Below, piece after piece: positions 1 through 9,304 of a DNA stretch of 33,860 nt; positions within the stretch are counted from its first letter, which is position 1, and each line of letters begins with the position of its first letter. The DNA lies in the NCBI GenBank assembly GCA_016839785.1, contig JAEOTQ010000223.1, positions 1 to 33,860 of the forward strand. The letters are read 5' to 3'. Source of the stretch: Candidatus Hodarchaeota archaeon. Its GTDB lineage: Archaea; Asgardarchaeota; Heimdallarchaeia; Hodarchaeales; Hodarchaeaceae. A program made the position numbers and the translations under genes. A model generated the notes under the pieces. The model searched no databases. It was given only the letters and a program-made list of their open reading frames with translations, and had not been told where the DNA came from.

Positions 1-965
1 ACAGGGTGAATACCTATAGTACCAAAACCAGTAGTTCTAGATTCGCCATACCTTAATCTAAACCCACCAGATTGATTTGACTGGGAAAGGAGTGGTTGTG
101 TACTACGAATATCTTCTGTCCCGAACGCTCTATTCTGCTTGGAGGGGGCAAAATGTACGCTGTCTAACCATTCCCATTCGGGAATGCCAGATTTTAATTT
201 TTGAATTATAATGGGTTGTAAATTGTGGAGAACACGTTCTAGGGTAACACAAAGCCCCATTCGTAAATGATTTGTTATTTTTGGTAAATTTCGAAATTTT
301 TGGACCTCAATTCTTTCGTATGGATCACTAGATAATTCAATACCAATATTTTGAATAAATAATCTCAAATGATCACTATTAAATTTAGATGCACGATCAC
401 TCATCTTGAGAAAGATTTCTAGTTCCTCTTCATACCTACCAATTGTTTCTGGACTTGAATGAAAGCGATTTAAGTGTAAAATTCCTCGGAGATAATCAGA
501 GATTAGAATTACCTGACCGATTACGGAACCAGGAACATATCGTATTGTATTTGTAAAAAATAGTGTAAGATAGTTCTGTTTGGGATCAATCCTCACTTTA
601 TGGACATATTCTTTTGGAACAGAGCACTGTCCTCGACTTAATATGACAAAGGCACTTTGAACGGCGATTAATATTAAATTCTCCTTTGAATTTTTTGAGA
701 ACCTACCATTGACAATCTGTTTTGCCACATCAGCAGCAAGGAGTAGCAGATTTTTATGCTCATTAATTCTCTCTGGAAGATATTTTTCTAAGCCAGGTAA
801 ATCTAATATCGCAAGAATATTATCAGTCGATGAAGGTGTTATTATTGATTCGACTTCAAAATAGGGATCATATTTGAGACTTCTCGCCTTATTTGCGAGT
901 TTTATCTGCGCCGTTAACGCGTATTTTATTTGTTCAACATATTCTTGGAATTCTAATTCAATCAT
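1..965 (-). CDS. Divergent DNA polymerase D large subunit (DP2/PolC) homolog, 5' part; runs off the left window edge
   Basis: Not in the ORF track. Hand translation from ATG at 965 is open for 321 codons: MIELEFQEYVEQIKIRVNGADKLANKARSLKYDPYFEVE...ISDYLRGILHLNRF...IGRYEEELEIF...EWEWL...SGGFRLRYGESRTTGFGTIGIHP. This is colinear with the DP2 N-terminus (KAR..G.DP..VE, DYVR..L.L.RF, ERxxEE, WEWL, GGFRLRYGRSRxxGF...I.P). Several normally conserved motifs are altered, so no gene symbol is given. Confidence 0.85.
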   Translation of the reverse strand, partial: MIELEFQEYVEQIKYALTAQIKLANKARSLKYDPYFEVESIITPSSTDNILAILDLPGLEKYLPERINEHKNLLLLAADVAKQIVNGRFSKNSKENLILIAVQSAFVILSRGQCSVPKEYVHKVRIDPKQNYLTLFFTNTIRYVPGSVIGQVILISDYLRGILHLNRFHSSPETIGRYEEELEIFLKMSDRASKFNSDHLRLFIQNIGIELSSDPYERIEVQKFRNLPKITNHLRMGLCVTLERVLHNLQPIIIQKLKSGIPEWEWLDSVHFAPSKQNRAFGTEDIRSTQPLLSQSNQSGGFRLRYGESRTTGFGTIGIHP

Positions 966-972
966 TTTTGTT

Positions 973-1689
973 TCACGAATATATTCGAACTCCGTTCGGA
1001 AAAGTGATACTCAGGACTCCTAGATTATTTATTGAGGATACACCCTCAAAATAATAGTGACCAGTAGTATTGGAGTAGGGAATGGGAAAAAGAGGAGAAC
1101 TACCGTTTGAAACATAAATGTTAGCAACATTCACAAAATCCAGAATTGAAGCTTTAGATTGTCGAATTATTACTTGATTACTGAAAACCTCTGCTTGACC
1201 GATATAGGAAATACTAAACTCCTCAATAATACTCATAGTTGAAGAAAGATCACTCATTTCAAGATGAAAACGGGCTTGAACTGCGCTGATATATACTGAT
1301 CCTACTGATACGTTGGAAATTGGGGCCATTAATGCATTGATTGTAAAAGAACTAGTCAAGAGCTCCAAATCTGAGAGTACCGAGGGAGATGAATCAACAG
1401 ATTCCATTGTAGCTAGAAATGATTCTAGTTCAATTTGAGCAGAAGAAAAATTAAGTGTGGAGGTATTATCAGTGTATCTTGCTAAAATTACCTCTAAGAA
1501 AGACTGTAGTTCTCTCTTAATGTTATTGTATGGTTCACGTAGTCTTTCCTCATTCGATGTAATTTGGACTGTGCCAATGTTAAGGATTATTGCACTTATG
1601 GCGACGACATATACAGCGATCAACATAGTTGCGAGTATAAACATTTGTCCCCTTCGCTTATCACGAATGATCTGTTTTTTACTCAACAT
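973..1689 (-). CDS. Type IV pilin-like protein (class III signal peptide), probable minor pilin
   Basis: N-terminus DKRRG/QMFILATMLIAVYVVAISAIILNI: basic leader, G/Q cleavage site and hydrophobic helix. Lies in the operon with the pilus ATPase and TadC genes. Confidence 0.75.
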   Translation of the reverse strand: MLSKKQIIRDKRRGQMFILATMLIAVYVVAISAIILNIGTVQITSNEERLREPYNNIKRELQSFLEVILARYTDNTSTLNFSSAQIELESFLATMESVDSSPSVLSDLELLTSSFTINALMAPISNVSVGSVYISAVQARFHLEMSDLSSTMSIIEEFSISYIGQAEVFSNQVIIRQSKASILDFVNVANIYVSNGSSPLFPIPYSNTTGHYYFEGVSSINNLGVLSITFPNGVRIYS

Positions 1690-2208
1690 TTAGATTTTCT
1701 CCCATAAGTACAATTCTACCAGATAGTGGGTTGTATACTGTCCATATTCAGAAGAGGAAAATGATCCTACAAAATAATTCGATTGAACCCCATCTCCCCC
1801 TTGTTGCAAGGCCATGATACTGGCTTGAGATCCAATTAAATAGATATAGGGAGCAATAATTTCTTGTCCCTGAACTTCACTCATTCGTAATACAAATCCT
1901 AAATTGTCTTGTAAACTAAATGTAATAAAATCGTTTAGGATATCGAGATGAATATTATACTCTGATACATATTCAGCTTGATCGTATAAATAGATAACAG
2001 GGCGTAAAAGACTTGCATCATCAGCCGTTAGGAGAACATCAGAAGCAATATTTCGGAGGCTTTCTAATTCGGATTGAGATTTATTTACTTGATCGGCCGC
2101 ATTAATGAGTAAGAGCGCTAGAATGAGCATGAGCGAAACTGATACAAGAGTTTCTGCTATTTGCAATTGTCCTCTTCGCTTTTTTCTTAGAATGTTGCTC
2201 ATTTTCAT
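1690..2208 (-). CDS. Type IV pilin-like protein (class III signal peptide), probable minor pilin
   Basis: KKRRG/QLQIAETLVSVSLMLILALLLI. GGAGG ribosome-binding site upstream, start overlaps the upstream stop, and its stop abuts the next ATG. Confidence 0.75.
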   Translation of the reverse strand: MKMSNILRKKRRGQLQIAETLVSVSLMLILALLLINAADQVNKSQSELESLRNIASDVLLTADDASLLRPVIYLYDQAEYVSEYNIHLDILNDFITFSLQDNLGFVLRMSEVQGQEIIAPYIYLIGSQASIMALQQGGDGVQSNYFVGSFSSSEYGQYTTHYLVELYLWEKI

Positions 2209-3386
2209 CTGTTCCTCCAGAGAATTAACCTACATCTCATCACGGTTCCTCGAATATAAACTGGATACGTTTTGGATGATTTCGCAAATTCTCTTGCACC
2301 TTCACTGATCTTACCGAAGACTTGATAAAAACTTCCAGAAGATAAATCAGAATCTAAAATTGCTGGATAAGATCCGATCCCGACTTTAAAGACGTTATTT
2401 ACTTTTACTATACTAAAACCAAACGTCAGCCCAGAATTTGGTAGGTTTAATGTCGAATTTCCTTCAAATAAGGAAGGTGGAATAATAGATCCATTGGTGT
2501 AACTACCCTGAGTATTTTTGTATATATAAGAAAGAAAATGAGTTTCTGGAGTATCCTGTAAATCATGAGTATCAGAAACAAGTATGGATGAGGAGTTCAA
2601 TCCTCCAATCCAGATGGTCGCATTTGAATCTTTGCCAAGTAATACATTTTCGTGAATAGTGGCGGGATGCGCCCAAGTCATACCCCAAAGAGGTCCTTTC
2701 TCTGCCACAGCAATACTAATGTGTTCTCCATCCGGGTCATTAAAATTAGGATCAAAGTATTCGTGTGATGCTTGACCGTTTTCGTCTGTAACTTCTGTTC
2801 CCTCGATACGAATGAGTCCTGTAGATAAATCTAGTGTGAAAAATTGAATTAGACATTCCTTTAGGGGAAGGAAATTATTTGCATCTGTAACTTGAACTAA
2901 GGATTCGAAAGAAGATATAGTTGCTTCTGAAATCGTCATTGATAATTCCAGATAAGGGTGAATAGAGAGTTGAAAATCTTGTTTTGAATTCAAACCCAAT
3001 ATGGTTTTAACGGTAGCATAGTCAAATTGGTCAAACCCTGATATAAGAGAGGGTTGGAATGTAGTACCTGTGATAATTCTTGAGATTTTAGCCGCATCAA
3101 TTATTATTGAAGTATCTGTTTTTGACTGCGCTAATCCAAATGAATTGGGAAGAGACTTCTGATATCCCCAAAATTCCTTCCCCTCCTCTTGTAAAATGAT
3201 TCTACCGAAAGTATCTAATTCTTCATAAGATAAATTTTCCCGAATTTGGGTATTCAAACCTGATTGCACATTGATGACTACTAGAATTAACTGAGATAAC
3301 ATTAAAAGAAATAACAACAAAGAAACGATGAAATCGATCGCTCTCACTTGACCTCTTCTTCGTCTTTTTAGATTTAGGTTGTGCAT
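2205..3386 (-). CDS. Large type IV pilin-like protein (class III signal peptide), possible adhesin/tip pilin
   Basis: RRRRG/QVRAIDFIVSLLLFLLMLSQLILV followed by about 350 aa of beta-rich extracellular-type sequence. Confidence 0.75.
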   Translation of the reverse strand: MHNLNLKRRRRGQVRAIDFIVSLLLFLLMLSQLILVVINVQSGLNTQIRENLSYEELDTFGRIILQEEGKEFWGYQKSLPNSFGLAQSKTDTSIIIDAAKISRIITGTTFQPSLISGFDQFDYATVKTILGLNSKQDFQLSIHPYLELSMTISEATISSFESLVQVTDANNFLPLKECLIQFFTLDLSTGLIRIEGTEVTDENGQASHEYFDPNFNDPDGEHISIAVAEKGPLWGMTWAHPATIHENVLLGKDSNATIWIGGLNSSSILVSDTHDLQDTPETHFLSYIYKNTQGSYTNGSIIPPSLFEGNSTLNLPNSGLTFGFSIVKVNNVFKVGIGSYPAILDSDLSSGSFYQVFGKISEGAREFAKSSKTYPVYIRGTVMRCRLILWRNR

Positions 3387-3429
3387 TTTAACCGCTCGAG
3401 ATGAATAATTACAGATTTGTTATTATCAC

Positions 3430-3888
3430 CTAACTAATTTCTTCGTTTTTGGGTGCACCTGCATTGGCTACTTCTAGTTGGATGGTAATCTCATCAAGTC
3501 TATCTTTCAGTTCTAACATTGTGGTTTCAAGCTCTGTTAATTGCAATCCTTTTTCTAACAAGGTTGTTGCTTGAGTAATAAGTTCATCAGCTTTTTGAGA
3601 TTTTTCACTGCTCAATGTGGATACTAACTCATTGATTGGTGCAAATTTCCCATTTATTTCAGTGATAGCTTTCTCTACTTCTACAATTTTCTTCTCCAAA
3701 GGACCTAGATCTACTTGAACTGGTCCAGTAACTGCAGTCGGAAGACCACCTATAGATGCTGTTGACACAGGAGCTGCTCCCCCTGTGCCCATTGATTGTA
3801 CAAATAAGAATTCCATATTTGTTAACTTATCTTCGAGGGCGGAAATTTTTTCCAGTACCTCAACTAACATTTTTTCTTCTTTACCCAT
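3430..3888 (-). CDS. Coiled-coil hypothetical protein within the pilus operon
   Basis: Heptad-like acidic segments (LEKISALEDKLTNME; LEKKIVEVEKAITEI; LTELETTMLELKDRLDEITIQL) separated by a G/A/P/T linker. No signal peptide or TM segment. ATG at 3888 has a GAGGT site upstream and is preferred over the track start at 3912. Confidence 0.65.
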   Translation of the reverse strand: MGKEEKMLVEVLEKISALEDKLTNMEFLFVQSMGTGGAAPVSTASIGGLPTAVTGPVQVDLGPLEKKIVEVEKAITEINGKFAPINELVSTLSSEKSQKADELITQATTLLEKGLQLTELETTMLELKDRLDEITIQLEVANAGAPKNEEIS

Positions 3889-3908
3889 GTCTAATACCTC
3901 AGTATATA

Positions 3909-4877
3909 TCATAGAAGAATTGTAATCTTAAAGAATAAATAGCATATTACAAGCAAGAAACACGAATGTCGTAAGCCGATTTTTGCATTTCCATCACCCA
4001 TTTTTCCTGCAATTAAACCAGCAAAAATCGCTTCAATTACCATTAAATGGAAGAATATTAATTGTAAACCTGCAACGTTAAAGGGTAATGCAGTGGTTGG
4101 ATCCTCTGAACTTTGAACTGCATCGACCATCTGTACAGCGAGAGTTTGAAAAAATGAGTACAAGAGAATTATCATTACAAGGGCAAATACAATGAATGAT
4201 GCATAAATGATCCACGTGTATGGTTTCATCGCACCAAGACGTTCACGTTTCAATCCTAGAACTTCAGAAACATGTTTATGGGCAGATTCGAAGACATCCT
4301 CAATTGCACCACCAGACCGTTCCGCTTCGAGTATTAATAATGACGTTCGTTTCATAAGTGGAGTGTCTGCAGTCTCTGTAAGACTCCTCAAAGTAGCGCT
4401 GAAAGGGATACCCCAGCTAATTTTCGATGCCATTTTTTTCAATTCAGGAGTAAGTGCTCCGTATTGATGTTTCGATGCTTCCAAGATTGCCCTAGGTAAG
4501 GGGAGACCAGTCTTCTGAGCATCTGATATTTCTCGTAATAAAGATGGAATATGATCATCAATATCATCCCGCCATTGTCGATCGGAGTGATAAGCTAAGG
4601 CGGGTATGAGTATTAAAGCCAGAGCTGCAAAAATTGTAACATCTATTGTATCAAAAAACCCTATAATTGGATCTTGATATATTTCACGAATGGAATATAG
4701 ATACGGATCCCGGGTCGGAGCTTCAACTCCTTCTACTAACTCTGTCGGAGCTGTGACATCGATCACGTGCGTTATTGCTGGAATGTAAAATATAGATGCA
4801 ATTATTAAGAATATTACGAATAAAACAAGTGATATTATCCAATAGTTTCTTTCTTTCTTAGCGGTTAGTTTTCCCAT
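3909..4877 (-). CDS. Type II secretion system F / TadC-PilC family membrane platform protein
   Basis: IDDHIPSLLREISDAQKTGLPLPRAI...YGALTPEL...ISWGIPF...EAERSGG, several TM helices and a C-terminal AGLIAGKMGDG motif. Confidence 0.9.
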   Translation of the reverse strand: MGKLTAKKERNYWIISLVLFVIFLIIASIFYIPAITHVIDVTAPTELVEGVEAPTRDPYLYSIREIYQDPIIGFFDTIDVTIFAALALILIPALAYHSDRQWRDDIDDHIPSLLREISDAQKTGLPLPRAILEASKHQYGALTPELKKMASKISWGIPFSATLRSLTETADTPLMKRTSLLILEAERSGGAIEDVFESAHKHVSEVLGLKRERLGAMKPYTWIIYASFIVFALVMIILLYSFFQTLAVQMVDAVQSSEDPTTALPFNVAGLQLIFFHLMVIEAIFAGLIAGKMGDGNAKIGLRHSCFLLVICYLFFKITILL

Positions 4878-4894
4878 TTCTTAGATCCTCCGAT

Positions 4895-5803
4895 TCACAT
4901 ATCACGCGATGCAGTACTTATTAACAATATCATTATGGTTAATAGAATTGGCATTATGAAGTATGTAAGTGTAAGCATGAATACACTTCCAATTGTAGTT
5001 TCTGGACTGATAACAGCAAGGATGGCTAAAATCACTACAAAGAATAATGGGGCAACAACTCCTATAATCATGAAAATTTCAGCCAAGACTCCTAGTTGTT
5101 CGATAAACTCTTTAGTTTCTTCTTCCTTAAGCTTCATTAGAGCTTTTGTTTCTGCTGACAAATAATAAGTCAAATCACCACCGCTGGTGATTGTTGCAGA
5201 CATCCCGTCCAAAAATTTTGAAAATCTTTCTGACGGGGAGCGCTCACTTGCTGTCCTTAGGGCCTTTAAGATATCATACCCAAAAATTTCGATGTCTCGT
5301 GTAATTCGTTTACTTTCTTTTGAAATTTCGGGAGCTACAGATTCCTCACCTGCCAATGAATAAAATAATCTGTCTGGTGGAACTCCAGAACTGCACATTG
5401 CCGAGAGATAAGAAGCAGTTGAAGTTAAACCAGATTCCATCAGAATCTTACGATCAGCGGCCTTCATTTGTGGCCAATATAGGAAAGGAACATAGGTTAA
5501 TACGGTACAAATAGTTCCACTCAATAGCCCGATAAGAAGTGAAGTAATCAACATGGATTCTGTAGTAATGGTAGAGTCCGTAGTTTGGAGTACAATTGCC
5601 GTTAATAATGTGGTAATTAAAAAACTGAGAAAAAAAACTAGTATCGAAGTAAATATGGCACTACCTAAGTAAGCTCGAACTGAAATATCCATCCCTGCTT
5701 TTTTCAAGGAAGTGTTGAGTCGTTCAAAACGTCCTTTTTCAATCCAGGGTTCAATAAATCGACCAAATCTAAGATACCCTACTCTTCTTATTACTTTACT
5801 CAC
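4895..5803 (-). CDS. Type II secretion system F / TadC-PilC family membrane platform protein
   Basis: LKKAGM...YLSAMCSSGVP...RITRDIEIFGYDILKAL...SPSERFSKFL..M..TITSGGDL. GTG start with AAGGAG upstream. Confidence 0.9.
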   Translation of the reverse strand: MSKVIRRVGYLRFGRFIEPWIEKGRFERLNTSLKKAGMDISVRAYLGSAIFTSILVFFLSFLITTLLTAIVLQTTDSTITTESMLITSLLIGLLSGTICTVLTYVPFLYWPQMKAADRKILMESGLTSTASYLSAMCSSGVPPDRLFYSLAGEESVAPEISKESKRITRDIEIFGYDILKALRTASERSPSERFSKFLDGMSATITSGGDLTYYLSAETKALMKLKEEETKEFIEQLGVLAEIFMIIGVVAPLFFVVILAILAVISPETTIGSVFMLTLTYFIMPILLTIMILLISTASRDM

Positions 5804-5828
5804 AGAATCAAACTCCTTATTTTTCTGT

Positions 5829-7337
5829 TCAAATTGATTTTAGTTCTCTTTTTGCGCGATCTACTGTTTCTAGTGAATTCTGGTAATAGCTGTTAATAAC
5901 TTCAGATACTTGCGAGTAATGGGCAAATTTCTTCTTTACCATCCATCTTAGAATTGTTTTTCTCCTCTCCATTTCATCAAAAACTTGAGATTCAGTTAAT
6001 CCTTGCGACTCTTGGATTCCCTCTAATGTATAGGATCTTCCATAATTGATATAAGCATCTTCACGTGCATTCCAACCAAATACTTTATTTGTTATAATTT
6101 CAGTAGTAACGGGATCGATACCTACAATTTCTGTACATTCTATTACTCTGCGGACTTGTTTATCTCCTCTTCTAACCTTACGGAGTACCACTAGAAGGTT
6201 CAATGTTTGGATTAGCGTTCGGGGGATATTCATTGGTTCATTTTCCAATCTTCGAATTGTACCTGTTACACTATCTCCATGAATAGTTCCCATTCCAGTA
6301 TGGCCAGTTGCCATTGCTTGAAAGAGGTTATATGCTTCTGAACCTCTAACTTCTCCTACAAAGAGGTAATCAGGTCTTTGTCGCAACGCTGCACGTAAAA
6401 GATCATACATAGAGACCTCACCACGTCTTGACCCATCCGCTTCCCGACCACCGTATCCCTCTCTCGCAACAGCTGGAATCCAATTTTCATGTGGTAAATG
6501 CAATTCTGCAGTATCTTCTATTGATACAATTTTCATTCCAGGCCTGATAAACATAGCTAAGCTATTTAACAAAGAGGTTTTCCCTGCAGCAGTTCCACCT
6601 GCAATTACAATGGAATTACGATTTTCTAATGCATACCATAGAAAAGCTGCAAGATCTTCATCCATAGTATTATAGGTTATCATATCTGTTATAGTTAAAG
6701 GATCAGAACGAAATTTTCTTATAGTAAACGTACTTCCTCTTTGTGTTACTTCACGACCGTAGGTTAATTGAAGACGACTTCCATCGGGTAAAGCAGCGTC
6801 AAGCAAAGGTCGAGCTACACTAATATGTCTACCAGCTCGTTGTGCCAATTTTATAATAAAGGCGTCTAAATCCTCTTCTTCTTCAAATTTTATATTTGTC
6901 TGAATACTTTCAAATTTCCTATGCCAAATATAGATTGGAATACCAACACCGTCACAGCTAATATCTTCCACAGCATGGTCACGTAACACTGCGTCTATCT
7001 GGCCAAATCCCACAAAATCACGGGCAATATGATAATTAATCTTATCAAAAGTTTTTTCATCTAATTTCAAGCCATAATTTTTCGCTATGCCGATGACCTT
7101 CTGACGTAAATAATCTCGAGCCACCTCAGGAGATTTCAAGACGTTAAAATCAACATCTAATTCTTCTTCGAGCACGTTTTTGATCATGTCTAGAATTTCT
7201 TTCTCTTTTGTACTCAGAGGTATTTCTACTACAGTATATTTCGTTTGTTTAGTGTCAGGATCAGTAGCAACTAATGCATAGCTGAAGGGTGGAATTAATG
7301 GGTAGGTTTCACGAATTAAACTACTTGAATCGGCCAT
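5829..7337 (-). CDS. Type II/IV secretion system assembly ATPase (archaeal PilB/FlaI family)
   Basis: VEDISCDG, LPDGSRLQLT, FTIRKF, Walker A GGTAAGKT, Asp box SIEDTAEL, LRQRPDYLFVGEVRG (Walker B) and His box AMATGH...TIH. Confidence 0.95.
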   Translation of the reverse strand: MADSSSLIRETYPLIPPFSYALVATDPDTKQTKYTVVEIPLSTKEKEILDMIKNVLEEELDVDFNVLKSPEVARDYLRQKVIGIAKNYGLKLDEKTFDKINYHIARDFVGFGQIDAVLRDHAVEDISCDGVGIPIYIWHRKFESIQTNIKFEEEEDLDAFIIKLAQRAGRHISVARPLLDAALPDGSRLQLTYGREVTQRGSTFTIRKFRSDPLTITDMITYNTMDEDLAAFLWYALENRNSIVIAGGTAAGKTSLLNSLAMFIRPGMKIVSIEDTAELHLPHENWIPAVAREGYGGREADGSRRGEVSMYDLLRAALRQRPDYLFVGEVRGSEAYNLFQAMATGHTGMGTIHGDSVTGTIRRLENEPMNIPRTLIQTLNLLVVLRKVRRGDKQVRRVIECTEIVGIDPVTTEIITNKVFGWNAREDAYINYGRSYTLEGIQESQGLTESQVFDEMERRKTILRWMVKKKFAHYSQVSEVINSYYQNSLETVDRAKRELKSI

Positions 7338-7462
7338 CTTGTTTTTTCTCCTATTAATTAATGTTATCCTGATATAATTATTGATTTATTTCTCCTTTTT
7401 TTTGTTTATTTCAATAAATTATCTTATATTAGATTTTAAATTGCTTTATGAACATAATATTG

Positions 7463-7915
7463 TTAAGACATGTGAATATTGATTATATTACTGTTTTTGT
7501 TAATACTGAGGTTTAATAATGGATTAGTACTTGTGAAGTGTCCAGAAGCTGTGATCAGATAAATTGATCCTAAAGAAAATTGTAATTGCTGAGTGACTTC
7601 AGCATTAAACGTGCTTCCACTAAGAATAATCCTTTTTCCATCAGAAGAATTGGTAATTTCGAGTCTGTATCGAAATCCTTGGCCAAGAGCGGGTGGAAAT
7701 TCTAAATCCTGAAAAATCGATTGATTTTCTTCTGGATGAATTAGCAAACTCTGCTGAATTTGAAGTTGAATTTGATCTAATATTGTATCTAATTCGACCT
7801 GTGCAATATTCTCTCGAAATTGGTCGCTTAAAGTTGAGAACATGCCATTTGTGATGATTACTAAGCTTAAGCCAAGGGTGAATATAATCATGAAAGTGAT
7901 ATATTGTGAAGCCAT
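7463..7915 (-). CDS. Small pilin-like membrane protein
   Basis: One N-terminal hydrophobic helix (YITFMIIFTLGLSLVII), then an amphipathic helix and beta-rich globular part. Lies in the pilus locus but has no basic class III leader. Confidence 0.55.
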   Translation of the reverse strand: MASQYITFMIIFTLGLSLVIITNGMFSTLSDQFRENIAQVELDTILDQIQLQIQQSLLIHPEENQSIFQDLEFPPALGQGFRYRLEITNSSDGKRIILSGSTFNAEVTQQLQFSLGSIYLITASGHFTSTNPLLNLSINKNSNIINIHMS

Positions 7916-7942
7916 AATAATCTACCGAGAAGTCATAATTTT

Positions 7943-8866
7943 TTAAGTCGTTTTTAGATTTATATCATATCTAAGTAATTGTACCACAATGTCAAAGTCA
8001 TTAAGATTATTCAATCCATGTACCAGACCTGTACTCCATAACAGAGTGGAAGAAGCTGCAGATGTATGTGTTCGGTCAATTAGGAGATCTAGTTTTGAAA
8101 CTGTTGGTGCTAGTACCAAAGAATTCGGTGCTGACACATTTTTACTCACATGAACAGTTATTTGTTTATATTGACTGTGAATTGAACTGAAATCTGCTGT
8201 TAGAGATACTAAGAAAATTTGGAATCGTATTTCAGGAACAGGTTGAGTAGAAATTGTTAGATATATTGATGTGCGGTAATCTAACGTGATATGATGCTTA
8301 CGATCTGATTGATGACTTAAAGTCAAGTTTGTTAAATCCTGGTTATCAGAAGATGCAAACATACCCGTCATAAATGCATGATCCCGAGTTTTATATGGGT
8401 CTGGACCAGTTAGATATTTAGAGGTTCCACGAGGGAGGACGGGACGTGGACTACTATATACCCAGTCAATCATTCCAACTTCTTGGAAATCAATTACACT
8501 ATGAACCAGATCCTCGTTCTGATCCTCCAAATATAAGGAAATATAGTATTCGTTGGGTTTAAATTCGAGAGTTCCAGCCGGCTTAGTAAATAATAGAGTT
8601 CTGAAGCCTCCGGGGTTCCCACTTTCGCTAATAAGAGTTTCAATAGTCTCATCAAGGTCAATGAAGCTATTTTTGACCGAACTTATTGTTTGCTCGCTTT
8701 GAGCCTGCTCAATAAAGGGGACTACCTGTATAAAGGTAACCATTACTCCTGTAATAATTAAACCAAATATAATTACAGTTGCAAGGACAGGAGAAACTGC
8801 CCTTCTTTTTATTCCCCATCTTCGTTGCTTTTCGCTTCTTAATCGATATATCAACGTTTCTAACAA
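7943..8866 (-). CDS. Type IV pilin-like protein with archaeal pilin N-terminal motif
   Basis: IKRRA/VSPVLATVIIFGLIITGVMV is the typical archaeal pilin 'RAVSPV' class III signal. First gene of the locus. Confidence 0.85.
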   Translation of the reverse strand: MLETLIYRLRSEKQRRWGIKRRAVSPVLATVIIFGLIITGVMVTFIQVVPFIEQAQSEQTISSVKNSFIDLDETIETLISESGNPGGFRTLLFTKPAGTLEFKPNEYYISLYLEDQNEDLVHSVIDFQEVGMIDWVYSSPRPVLPRGTSKYLTGPDPYKTRDHAFMTGMFASSDNQDLTNLTLSHQSDRKHHITLDYRTSIYLTISTQPVPEIRFQIFLVSLTADFSSIHSQYKQITVHVSKNVSAPNSLVLAPTVSKLDLLIDRTHTSAASSTLLWSTGLVHGLNNLNDFDIVVQLLRYDINLKTT

Positions 8867-9259
8867 GTTAGGTCACTTTATTGATTTTTGAGATGATATT
8901 TGGTGTCGAAAGTAACTACTTCTTCTATAAAATTTGTTGGATACTCTAGTAATTTAAGGATTTTTGTATTGTTTAGGATTTGGAAATGAAGAATTACTTT
9001 TTAGAAGTTCACCAAAATGAGTTATAGTATAATCTTCTTGACAGAACAATTCAGGCCGATAATACCAATCCAGAAATATTAAACCGATTTTTACACTGAA
9101 AATTTCGTTATTCGGGCTTTAATCAGCAATAGAAAATCTTGATAGATGCAAAGTTATCTCAGGACGAACGAAGATCGAGTAATTTCTGAGGAATAAACTT
9201 GAACTGGAAAAAAGCGATAACCATTTAAGGAAAACAATTATTCAAAGATTGTATTGACC

Positions 9260-9267
9260 TTTAAATA
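9260..9267 (+). promoter_or_regulatory. Putative TATA box for radA
   Basis: TTTAAATA ends 38 nt before the radA ATG. The AT-rich background limits certainty. Confidence 0.35.
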
Positions 9268-9304
9268 TCTAGTAGAATGAATCGATAGCAGGTATGGTTA
9301 AATT

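Noticed and set aside
1457-5514. Short plus-strand ORFs (1457, 2105, 4207, 4935, 5320) in the pilus locus
   Set aside because: Antisense shadows of well-supported minus-strand genes, with no recognisable motifs.
5829-7337. Archaellum (arlI/flaI) assignment
   Set aside because: There are two separate TadC-type genes and no archaellin, ArlH, ArlF or ArlG. This fits a pilus system better.
7916-7936. In-frame ATG-ACT-TCT-CGG-TAG upstream of the 7463-7915 gene, suggesting amber read-through
   Set aside because: The extension would not create a convincing class III leader, and TAG ends other genes here (for example 12933). Most likely chance.
8867-9304. 438-bp spacer as a possible ncRNA, tRNA or replication origin
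   Set aside because: No cloverleaf, repeated ORB-like boxes or convincing structure seen. Treated as a divergent promoter region.
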